This document shows, in pieces, positions 33,841 through 43,800 of a DNA stretch of 64,000 bases. The stretch is taken from assembly GCA_026936335.1 (NCBI GenBank), contig JAPMXV010000062.1:232628-296627 (forward strand), read 5' to 3'. A program made the translations under genes and the position numbers. Under the pieces are notes generated by a model. That model was not told the origin of the DNA and did no database searches. It worked only from the letters and a program-made list of their open reading frames with translations. Source of the DNA: Mantamonas sphyraenae STR306 (taxonomy: Eukaryota; Protista; CRuMs). Position 1 is the stretch's first letter. Every line of letters starts with the position of its first letter.

Positions 33841-36774
33841 TCAGAGCTTGCCGCTTTGCGTGGCATGGAGGTCTTGGGCGGCGGCCTGGGCAAAGAGCAT
33901 TTGCTCTTGTTCGAGTTCACCGTCGTCGGCGGTCATGATACGCCAGGCGTCCTGAATGCTGGTGGACCATCTTGTCCATGTGCGATCGAGATGGTCGATG
34001 CAGGAGGAGTCGGAGCTTTCTGGAAACGGGTTGGCGACGGCGTCGGAGAGGCTGCCGTCGACGCGGTCGAGCCAGAGCTGGTTTTCGGCGTCTTCATCTG
34101 CGTCGTCGGCTTCTGTTTGCTGGAGGACAGCGAGGCGTGTGAGGCCCTTGACGACGCGGCTATCACGGAGGGTGTTGATCTTGCTGCCGACACGGTCGCG
34201 CACGGTATCCAGGACCCCATGGCCGTCGTCATCGTCGTCTGCAGTGATCTGCTCGAGTTCCATGCTGACGAATTCGATGTCGTAGTCGAGTTGGATGCCC
34301 AGCTGCTGAAGCTTGTCGGCGACGGGATGGCGATACATCTCCTTGAGGGCAAACTCTTCGATGGGTCGCTCTGCAGCAAGGGTGTCAAAGGCTTCGGAGC
34401 GTTTGTGAGAGCTTCGCACGCAACACCAAACGCAGAGAATTCCACCAAGGATGCGTGCGAGGAGGCGCTGAAGGATGCTGCGCAGAAGGACAAGCACGAT
34501 GAAGATGCCGATGACAGCGATGAGCTGAAGGTTTGTGACAAAGGCCGGTCGGTTGATGGCAATGAGCTGGTCGTGGAAAGGACGCAAGTCGAGGGCGTTG
34601 ATGGAGTCTGCGAGGGAAGAAAGGAAGGACGGACGCAGAAAGACAGGGGACATGAGGGCGTGGAAAAGGAGGGCCCACTTGAGCTGCTTGCGAAAGAGGA
34701 GAGAAAGGCGGTCGTCGATAGGTTTGGGGTTGCGATACCAGCGGAGCATGAGGTACTTTTCACACCAGTAGCGTGAGAGGAGGGTGAAGGCGCCGAGGAA
34801 GTAGAGGATGGGCATGGACGAGCCATAGGTCATGACCATAAAGACACTGCTGCCGATGCTTGCGTACGTGGAGGCAATGCTTGGCTCGGGTCCACGCATC
34901 GTCTGGTCGAGGATGGATTGCGGAGTGCGCTTGCCGGTGGAGCATGTGGAGCAGAAAACAAAGGAGGAACCGAGAGGGCCGAGAAGGATGGCCCAGAGAA
35001 AGGGGACAAATACTTGGAAGAACATGACGTAGAGGACAGTCTGTGCGCCTCCGTTGGCAGTGTACCAGTCGGGGGTGTGCTTCAGTCCCTGGTAGACGCT
35101 GCCCTTGGAAACGCCAAAAACGGTGTCTGCCGTGTCAACGTTGTACACCATGGGAAAGATGATGTTGATGACGGCAATGTTGACGGAGGTGTTGAGAAAG
35201 TTTGCCCAGAGCTCTGTGCGGAGAAGTGCGTTTGCAGTGCCTGAGTGGGACCAGTGGTGCTCAAAGTCGGATAGTTTGACAAGAAAGACGCGGAGGACAG
35301 TCTGCATGGTGACGACGACGACGGAACGAAAGGCAGAAATGGCGTAGAGACCTCCCGCAGCTTTGGCGACGTCCTCCCTGCTGTAGTACTCCTTGCTGAG
35401 GACAACGACGAGAAGCTGGAGGAGAAAGCTGATGGTGACGATGAAGAGGGCGACAAAGGTGCTGAGGGAGCGGCGGAAGAATCGTGTGGTGATGCCGTAG
35501 TGCAGATTCTCCCAGATGATGTCTGGAAAGCGCGGGGCCCTGCGAACGCGGATAAAGTGGCCATTGAAGTGAGGGACAGAGCCGATTGAGCAGTGGCCGC
35601 GGGAGAGCCAGTAGGTGAAGCGGGCAAAGAAGCGGAGGAGGATGTTGCTGCTGAAGGCTTTGAGGCATTGCTGGCGGTCGTTGACAAAGCGAAAGGTGAC
35701 AAAGGCATGACCGGAGTGATGGCTGGCAGAGCGAAGGCGAAGGTTGCAGTCGTCAAACTTGGACTGGAATGAGCCGCGCGCACAGCAGCAGCGGTAGAGA
35801 CAGGAGCACGAGAAGCAGTCCAGGCCCTGGAAGTAGCCGTGTGTTCGGAGGTAGTCCTTCATGAGGGATTCGCGCTGTGCAAGGAGGCTTTCGCATTCCT
35901 CCTGGGATGTGACGACGCTGACGACGGGACCCCATTGGGAGAAGTAGTCTGCGATGGCAGCGGGGGAGACGTTCTCTGGGAGGCGGTCTGCGTGGATGCT
36001 AAACACGCTGGGGTTGTTGAAGAGCTTTGCGCGTTTGGATGCCCAGCGTTTCATGACGCCGCCGAGGATGAACCAGGCAGCAAAGGCGTAGAGGACGGTA
36101 ATGATGACGTCGATGGAGGCTGGGTCGAGGGGAGGGAGGTCTTGGGGCGTGTAGGCGGGCCGGTATGCACGGTACCAGTCGGGGAGGTTGAGGCCGTGGA
36201 GGGCGGCAAACTGGAAGGACCAGGGGATGAGGGAGATGAGGCCAAAGAGAAGGAGAAGAAGGGCGAGGTAGGCGGAGGTGCGTAGCATCATGTAGACGCC
36301 CTGTCCGAGCTCGGTGATGTTGTGGAGACGCTCTGAAAGTTTGTACTGAGTGGCACGGAGCTGGTAGGTGATGGGGAGCTGCTTGGACGGGTTGTCCTGG
36401 TCTTGGACGTACACGCGGATGGCCTTTGTGAGGCTGGGAGTGTCTGGATCATAGTAGAACTTTTCGTGCAGCGGGAGGTCTGCGTCGAGATTGTGAAAGG
36501 CGTTTGGGAGGGCAAGGGCATGTTCGTCGTTGGCGAGGGAGGAGAGGCTGTGTGGGCTGTCGTCGGGTAGAGGTTGCCAATTGAGGAGACGGTCTTCGAA
36601 GCCACGCATGGAGGCGAGCTGGTGGTCGGGGGGGTTGTCGTCGAAAAAGTGTGGATACTCGGTTCGGACGGCGTCGTCGATGCTTGTGTAGAAGGAGTCG
36701 GGGACGGAGTCTGAGAGCGACGGGGTGGAAGCTTGTTTGTCCATGTCTGCAAGAAGAGGAGTGCGCTTGGACAT
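33841..36774 (-). CDS. OSCA/TMEM63 (CSC1)-like multi-TM channel
   Basis: Multi-TM protein with GHAFVTF, VRRAPRFPDIIWENL and PILY...RYWCEKYLMLRWYRNP; no introns evident. Confidence 0.8.
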   Translation of the reverse strand: MSKRTPLLADMDKQASTPSLSDSVPDSFYTSIDDAVRTEYPHFFDDNPPDHQLASMRGFEDRLLNWQPLPDDSPHSLSSLANDEHALALPNAFHNLDADLPLHEKFYYDPDTPSLTKAIRVYVQDQDNPSKQLPITYQLRATQYKLSERLHNITELGQGVYMMLRTSAYLALLLLLFGLISLIPWSFQFAALHGLNLPDWYRAYRPAYTPQDLPPLDPASIDVIITVLYAFAAWFILGGVMKRWASKRAKLFNNPSVFSIHADRLPENVSPAAIADYFSQWGPVVSVVTSQEECESLLAQRESLMKDYLRTHGYFQGLDCFSCSCLYRCCCARGSFQSKFDDCNLRLRSASHHSGHAFVTFRFVNDRQQCLKAFSSNILLRFFARFTYWLSRGHCSIGSVPHFNGHFIRVRRAPRFPDIIWENLHYGITTRFFRRSLSTFVALFIVTISFLLQLLVVVLSKEYYSREDVAKAAGGLYAISAFRSVVVVTMQTVLRVFLVKLSDFEHHWSHSGTANALLRTELWANFLNTSVNIAVINIIFPMVYNVDTADTVFGVSKGSVYQGLKHTPDWYTANGGAQTVLYVMFFQVFVPFLWAILLGPLGSSFVFCSTCSTGKRTPQSILDQTMRGPEPSIASTYASIGSSVFMVMTYGSSMPILYFLGAFTLLSRYWCEKYLMLRWYRNPKPIDDRLSLLFRKQLKWALLFHALMSPVFLRPSFLSSLADSINALDLRPFHDQLIAINRPAFVTNLQLIAVIGIFIVLVLLRSILQRLLARILGGILCVWCCVRSSHKRSEAFDTLAAERPIEEFALKEMYRHPVADKLQQLGIQLDYDIEFVSMELEQITADDDDDGHGVLDTVRDRVGSKINTLRDSRVVKGLTRLAVLQQTEADDADEDAENQLWLDRVDGSLSDAVANPFPESSDSSCIDHLDRTWTRWSTSIQDAWRIMTADDGELEQEQMLFAQAAAQDLHATQSGKL

Positions 36775-36830
36775 GGGTGATGGGAAAGTGATGGGTGGGT
36801 TGGGGGGTGCCGGTGGGAAACTTGGTGCCA

Positions 36831-38242
36831 TTATTCATGTTCGTGATCCTCGATGAGCGGGAGAGTTGCTTCAAAGATGTCGTCGATGGAGCCTGTGGCA
36901 TCAATGGTGTGCACCTTGTTGACGGAGCGGTAGTAATCGATGACGGGGAGGGTTTGCTTCTGGTAGGTGGCAAAGCGCTTCTTGAGGGCGGTGAGGTTGT
37001 CGTCGACGCGTGCATGGTCGCCAGAGGCCTTTGCACGGGCCATGATGCGGTTTGTGAGCTCGGATTCGGGACAGTCAAAGAAGATGACAAAGTCGGCCTC
37101 TTGGATCTGGGCCTCAAAGTCAAAGCCCTGCTGAAGCTCGCGCGGGAAGCCGTCGATGAGAAAGGTGTGTGCGTCGTTGGCAAGCATGGCCTTGCGGAGG
37201 AGGGCAATGGTGACCTCTGCAGGCACAAGGAGGCCGTTCTTCATACAAAAGTTGATCTGCCACCCGTGCTCGCTCTTGCGGTCGGCCGCTTCTGCACGGA
37301 GCAGATCACCTGCGCTGAGGTGGCAAACCTCGTCGGGCATTGCAGCGGTGATTTTTTTGCACTGTGTGCCCTTGCCCGAGCCCGGGCCGCCGAGGACAAA
37401 GATGACGCGCTTCTTCCAAAGCGGAGTCTGCTTGTGGAGGTTTCCGTAGTCGTTGGCCAGCCAGGTGAGGGTGGGCTGGGTGGAGGGCTGTGGGAGGGGA
37501 GAAGAGAACGGGGGGGGGGGAGAGGGAGGGCGGGTGGGTGAGAAGAGCGCGGGGGGGGATGGGGGTGGTTGGGCGGGTTGGGCGGGTTTTGCGAGCGGGC
37601 GGGAGGCAAACTGACCGTTGGTTCGTCGTCGTAGGCCGGGTCGTCATAGAACTCGTCGTCGAGGTCAGCTTGCTCAAGCTTGTAGACACCCTGCTGCCAG
37701 TTGCCCGAGTGGAACTGGTAGGCGCCATCGATGGGCAAGCCGTCACGGAAGTGGCCGTGAAAGAGGGTGCCGTCGGGCAGGGCAAGAGTGCCGCTGTGGA
37801 GGAGGCCAGCACGCCAGTCGCCGTGAAAGACACAACCGGATTCGGCTTGCTCGTATGTGCCACGGCCGTGCTTGAGGTTGTCCTTCCAGGCGCCCTCGTA
37901 GGTGTCTCCGTTTGCGTAGCGGTAAAGGCCGAATCCGTGCTTGTGGCCGTTGGCAAATTCACCCTCGTACTGGACGTCGCCCTGGGTCAGGACGCCGTGG
38001 CCATGGCGCTTGTTGGCCAGCCAGTCGCCCTGGTAAGTGGCAACGACCTGCTCATCTCGGATGTATGTGTATGTGCCGTATCCCTCGCGCTTGCCGTTTG
38101 CGTATTCGCCGTCGTAGGTGTCGCCGCTGGGCAGGGTGGCCACGCCCTTGCCGTGACGTTGGCCATCGGCGTTGCGTTCACCCTCGTAGGTTCCCAGGTT
38201 GATGGTGGTGGACTCGCCGTCTGAATCTGAGTAGTAGGCCAT
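36831..38242 (-). CDS. Fusion of an RSPH1-like MORN-repeat protein with an adenylate/UMP-CMP kinase
   Basis: Exon 1 (38242-37616): LGTYEGERNADGQRHGKGVATLPSGDTYDGEY plus MORN repeats. Phase-0 intron 37615-37488. Exon 2 is in frame: VIFVLGGPGSGKGTQC, HLSAGDLLRAE, FLIDGFPRE, RVDDN. There is no in-frame ATG between the acceptor and the P-loop. Confidence 0.82.
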
Positions 38243-38393
38243 GGGTGGGGGGTGAGGTGTTTGTTTGGGTTCGGACGGGGAGGGAGAGGAATGGGTGGGT
38301 GGAGAGGAGTGGAGGGGAATGGGAGGGAGGGGAGTGAGTGAGTAGGAGAGTGGGTGGGCGAGAGATGCGCGGGGCGGCCAAGTGAAAGGCCTG

Positions 38394-38828
38394 ATGTGGA
38401 GTGTGGGGACCGTGCTCGTGCTGCAGGTGGCATTAAGCATGGTGGTGAGGGTATTGAGGTGGGCTACAGACTATATGGTGCATACCAAGGCGTATGTGGA
38501 CAAGGTGGAGGAGCTGCGGGCGCTGCGGGCCGCGCAAGGGAAGCTCAGCGCGATCAAGCAGTTTGCAGAGTACAGCAAGCTGGGACGGATGATAAACAAG
38601 GTGGAGGTGGAAGTGAAGAGGGAAAGCGAGGACAGCTACAACATGGGGAGTCGCTACGGGGTGGCATGGGTGACGTGGGCAGCGGAATTGGCATTCAAAG
38701 TGGTGGTCGTGTACCAGGCCCGAGGCCAGGCTGCGCCGTTGGCATTTGTGCCAGCATATGTGCCCGCATACTTGCAGTGGATAATGGTGCTGCAAGTAGG
38801 AGGACTGGCAACGAGCTTGTGGAGCTGA
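38394..38828 (+). CDS. GET1: GET1/WRB tail-anchored protein insertase subunit
   Basis: TM, coiled coil LSAIKQFAEYSKLGRMINK (cf. Get1 DEFARYARLERKINK), then further TM segments; the 3' end may be affected by an indel. Confidence 0.75.
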   Translation: MWSVGTVLVLQVALSMVVRVLRWATDYMVHTKAYVDKVEELRALRAAQGKLSAIKQFAEYSKLGRMINKVEVEVKRESEDSYNMGSRYGVAWVTWAAELAFKVVVVYQARGQAAPLAFVPAYVPAYLQWIMVLQVGGLATSLWS

Positions 38829-38924
38829 AGAGAGAGATTGAGTGCAGAATGGAGTTTTGAGTGCCGTGGGCACGCGAATGGATTTTGTTGGCCATGGACT
38901 GGTGGGCAATGTAGGCCAGGTGTG

Positions 38925-39745
38925 CTAGAGATCTTGCTCAAGCAGGTCTGGAGCGAGGGAGATGGTCCAGAGACACGGGCTGGAGGTTTGGACGGTGACG
39001 GTGGGGTGGCGGACCCTGTTGCTGGTGGAGATGAAGTTGCCAAAGGCAAGAGGCTGGTCGTGAAGATCCCATTGGAGGCCTGTGGTGGTGACGGAGTGAG
39101 CAGGAGGTCCAAGCGGGATGAGGCCGCAGACGGGCCCTTCGGAGGCGGTGTGAACGTGTATGGTGTTGTGTCCGGGAGGAAGCATGAGGCAGGTGTCTTG
39201 CATGCCATAGAGGCGTAGTTGGAGCGGGTGTTTGCGGTCGTGGGAGTGGAGGATGTGCAGGGCGGCACTGAGGTTTGCAAATTCGTGGTCGAGGCGGCCG
39301 CCAAGGGCGCCGACAACAGCCAGGTGGTGGTGTGCGTGCTTTGGGTCTGTGTCTTTGTTGCTGTAGGTATTTACAGCATAGTCGAGGGCCTTTCGCATGT
39401 CGTGGGTGTCCTGGTCGGGGGCATGGTGGAGCAGCGTGGCGGGAGAACGGAGGTGGAGGGCGGAGGTGTCGATGGAGTCGAGGTCGCCGACCACAGCGTC
39501 GATGGGTGTGTGGCGGCGGTGGTGGGGATGATGGTTGGCGGCGTGCAGTGGGGACGGATCGCGTGCGAGGTGGGTGTCGACAAAGTCGAGGAGGCGATTC
39601 GCTCCGCCGTCTGCACAGACGACGTGGTGGGCTTTCAGCCACAGTGGATACGTGATGTCTGGCAGTTGCCAGTTGAGCACCACGAGGGTGAGGCGTGCCG
39701 ATTTGGGCAGGGCCAGCGGGGATTTGTGGTGGAACGTTGTCGGAT
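38925..39745 (-). CDS. TPK1: Thiamine pyrophosphokinase
   Basis: VVLN, CADGGANRL, GDLDS, DQDTHDMRKAL, GALGGRLDHEFAN, CGLIPLG, TTTGLQWDL, ISTSN; exact start codon not resolved. Confidence 0.92.
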
Positions 39746-40012
39746 GGGTTGGATGGGGAGGAGAAAGGTGGGTGGGTGGTGGGTGGAGGAGAAAAATTCG
39801 ATGCGTGGTGAGTGCTGAGTGCTAGTTTGATGGACCTGGAAGTTTGGGTTGGGAGACGGGATGGTTGCCCGTGGAGGAAAGCGTGACTCAGAGGGAGACG
39901 GGGAGAATTCGAAGCACGGAGAGGTTTTTCTGCACTGCAAGCAACAAGGGGATGTGAGGAGAGAGAGAGAGAGTGAGAACACGGGGTGAGACGGACTTGT
40001 TCATTTTGGGGT

Positions 40013-40714
40013 TCACTCGTCGGCCTTTGCGGCTTCCTGGGTGTCCTTGGTCTCCTCGTCCTTCTCGTCGGCCTGTTCGGGCTCGTCCTCATGCTCCTCG
40101 ACGTCGTCGGCTTCGGCGTCGATGTCGTCGTCCTCGTCGCTGAGGTCGGCCTCTTCGTCGTCGTCTTCGTCGTCTTCGTCCTCCTCGTCCATGCCGTCGT
40201 CGGACAGATCGTCGTCGGACAGGTCACCCTCAAGGTCGCTCGCGTCCTCATCCGAGGCGTTTGCGTTGTCGTCGCTCTGGAGAGCGTCCATGTCGCTGGC
40301 ATCGTCCTGCTCGGCAGAGCTGGCCTCGCTGGGGAGACGGTTCGGAAAGAGCCGGTGTCAGAACGCAGTGGGAGGGGATTTGGGCCAAACGGGAAATGGG
40401 AACCAATTTGCGTGGTGTGACGGCGCAAACGGTCGGCAAAGGGGTGGGACAGGACCCAACGTACGCGTCCTCGGCATCGTCGCCAGAGGCCTTGGCCTCG
40501 GCGTCGGAGGCCTGCTCGGTGGAGGAGGCGGCAGCGGACTCGGCTGCCTTTTCCTCTTCAGCGGCCACAAACGGAGCCATGAGGGCAATGAGAGCCAGCA
40601 GAAGGGCAATGTACTTGGTGTTCCTGTGCGGCGTGGACAAGGATGGGTCGTACGGCGGAGCAGAGGGTGAGCAGGGATCAACGAGAGGTGGAGGGCGGGA
40701 GATAAAACCAACAT
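40013..40714 (-). CDS. Small, extremely acidic secreted protein; start codon split by an intron
   Basis: AT|gttggt...cag|G AAC ACC AAG gives MNTKYIALLLALIALMAPFVAA (signal peptide); second intron ~40464-40330; mature part dominated by D/E/A/S; ends KADE*. Confidence 0.72.
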
Positions 40715-40817
40715 TTTTCCGGAGGGTGCTGGGGTGGCTTTTTTTTCTGTGGCAGGCTGGGCGATGCGCGACGACGCCCAAAGAAGCAAGCGCGCGCGCG
40801 AGAGAATTGCAAGTGCA

Positions 40818-43800
40818 ATGAGCATGAGACCAAGGACAAGGATGGACCGACACTGTGCAGTGGTGTTGGTGTGTGCGATGGCCGTTTTCCTTGCAGGCCA
40901 CGCGAGCGGGGCGACGGTGACGCTGAACTCTCCGAACGCCGAGTACGTCTACCTCAACTCGTCTGCACAATGGACACCGAGCAAGGTACCTGGGCCAGGA
41001 GACGATGTGGAAGTGGTGATTACGTCGACGCAGAGCAGGGTGGTGCTTGTGATGGGCAACACGACCGAGGTGCGGTCGCTGCGGGTCCGCGTCGGAGGGA
41101 GTGCAACGACAACCCAGGTGTTTTGCACTGCAGCGTTGACTGTAAACACGACGGTGACGGTAGAGTCGCTTTTGGAGTTTCGCAGCGAAACGGGTTGTGT
41201 GGCAAAGTGGGGGTCGCTGCACTTGAACGGGACGCTGCGCGTGGTCGGAGATGTGACGGTGATCGGCGCGGTCACCAGCTCGTCAGTGGGGGCTCTGGAA
41301 TCGCTGACGTCAGGCGCAGTCGTGCTGAATGCAGGGCAGGGAACGCCAACTCACCACATCGCGTGGTTGCGCCTCGGAGGCACCGCAGCTCTGCGTTTCA
41401 GTGCAGACGTGAACGTGACGGGTAATCTGACGATGGGGGGCGCCAGCGAGTTGAACGGCCAGGTGTCGACGCCAAAGCCGACGGTGAGCGTGTATGGAGC
41501 GCTAGACGTGACGACAGACACCGGGGGCACAGGTAGCTCGCTGATCACGGCGGTGATGCAGCTGTATGGTGCGAGCACGCTGCAGTGTCTGACAACACTT
41601 GGGATGACCGTGGACTCTGTGGATCTGTACGTGCACAAAACTCTGGACATTGTAATCGGAAGCACAGGCAACTCTATCAACGTGGGCACAGGCATGAAGC
41701 TGTTTGTGCTGAACGGAGCGGTGACGACGTTGAACCATTTGGGCACGGGCCAAAAGACACTGACGTCTGTCGGAGAACAAACAGAAGTGGTGATCAACGG
41801 AACCTTTGTGCTGAAACCTGAGTCTCAGGGCACGCTGGATTTCAATGTCCGCTCTATGACGGTGTACGGGACGCTCGTGGTGGGCTCGGGAGAGCTGAAG
41901 CTGTCGATCAAACGGCCGTTCTCCGGAAGTCCCGGCACGCTGACGACGTATCCTGGCTCTGAAATCCGCATGGGCAGCAGCACGGCGAGGTTGATTGTGG
42001 CTCGCAGCGGTGCTGCAGGGAGCGTGAATCCAGTGAATCGGCTGTACGGAGGACGGCTGGACGGCCTGTTGTTTGATGGGGAGCCGATGACCAACGAGTT
42101 TAACGTGGACGAAGCCGATCCGTTTGTGAAGTACTTGGGAATTACAAACGCGGCAAGCTTTTCGGTGAAGAGGAACATGACGGTAGGCACGCTGGAGCTG
42201 TCGACTTCGGGCGGGAACGCACCGGCAGACGTTACTGTGGACAGCGGGCTGTCGTTGCGAGTCAACACGTCGCTGCGATGGGATGCAGCAGACGTGAAGG
42301 GATCGACCGGATCACAGTTTCTTGTGGATTGCAACTCCACGGTGCAGTTTCGAGGAGAATTCGGCTCGAAACCTGGTCTGACGTCGATCGAGCTCGTGAA
42401 CAACGGGTACATGAAGGTTCAGTTGCTGACGGACTTGATGACGTGGAATCTCAACAGCGCGGCGTCGGTGATGAACAAAGGGACGGCAGAGGTGGAGACG
42501 TCGGGCAATGAGTTTACTCTGTGGCAAGGAGGCACGGTGGAGAACCTAGGCACGGTGCTGTTGAACAGCAGGGTGACTTTCAAGAGTAGCGTGTTTACGA
42601 ACCGTGGGCTGTTGGCATTTGTAGACAACAAGGCGCACGTGATGGAGACGACGACGCACAATTACGGGCGGCTCTACATGGGTGGAGGCTCGACGGTGCT
42701 GACGCTGAAGCTGAGCTCGTACAATGGATACAACGGCAGCGTGATTGAGTTTGAGCACGGGGCGAAGCTACAAGGGCAAGGCGAGCCAGCATTCACCAAT
42801 CCGGTGGGATCGACGGTGAAGGGCGTGGGCACGTTTCAGAACCTGCGTGTGACGAACCTGGGCGTGATGCAGGGGCCAGCGCTGACGGTGAGCAGCAACT
42901 TTACACAGGGGAGTACTGGGCGGACTGTGGTGGGCGCAGTGGCGGGTCAAGGGCAGGCGCTGAGCGCGGCGTGCGTCGCTCTGGGCGGTGTGCTGGAAGT
43001 GACCGGAGTGGCTGGATGCCCAGAGCCAAGCGCGGTGTTTAATGCCGTGGGGTCGCGGCTGAACTGCGTGAGCGGACAGTACGCGTCGCTGGCGTATGCA
43101 AACGGGAGCGTGCAAGTAAGCGTGAACGGAAGCGGAGCAGTTTTGTTTTCGCTGCCAGATAGCTCGTGTCTGCCTCGTGATTGTAATGGGACGGTGTATG
43201 GGACGGTGCAGTTGGATGTGTGTGGCGTGTGCGGAGGGAACAACGGGACGTGTAAGGGGTGTGATGGAGTGCCAAACAGTGGGGTGGTGTACGACGCGTG
43301 TGGCGTGTGTGGAGGGAACAATGGGACGTGCAAAGGGTGTGATGGGGTGCCAAACAGTGGGGTGGTGTACGACGCGTGCGGCGTGTGTGGAGGGAACAAT
43401 GGGACGTGCAAAGGGTGTGATGGGGTGCCAAACAGTGGGGTGGTGTACGACGCGTGCGGCGTGTGTGGAGGGAACAACGGGACGTGCAAGGGGTGTGATG
43501 GGGTGCCAAACAGTGGGGTGGTGTACGACGCGTGTGGCGTGTGTGGAGGGAACAATGGGACGTGCAAGGGGTGTGATGGGGTGCCGAACAGTGGGGTGGT
43601 GTACGACGCGTGTGGCGTGTGTGGAGGGAACAACGGGACGTGCACGGGATGTGACGGGGTGCCGAACAGTGGGGTGGTTCTCGACGCGTGTGATGTGTGT
43701 GGAGGGAACAATACGACGTGCACGGGGTGTGACGGGGTGCCGAACAGCGGGGTCAAGTATGACGCGTGTGGCGTGTGTGGTGGGAACAACGGGACGTGCA

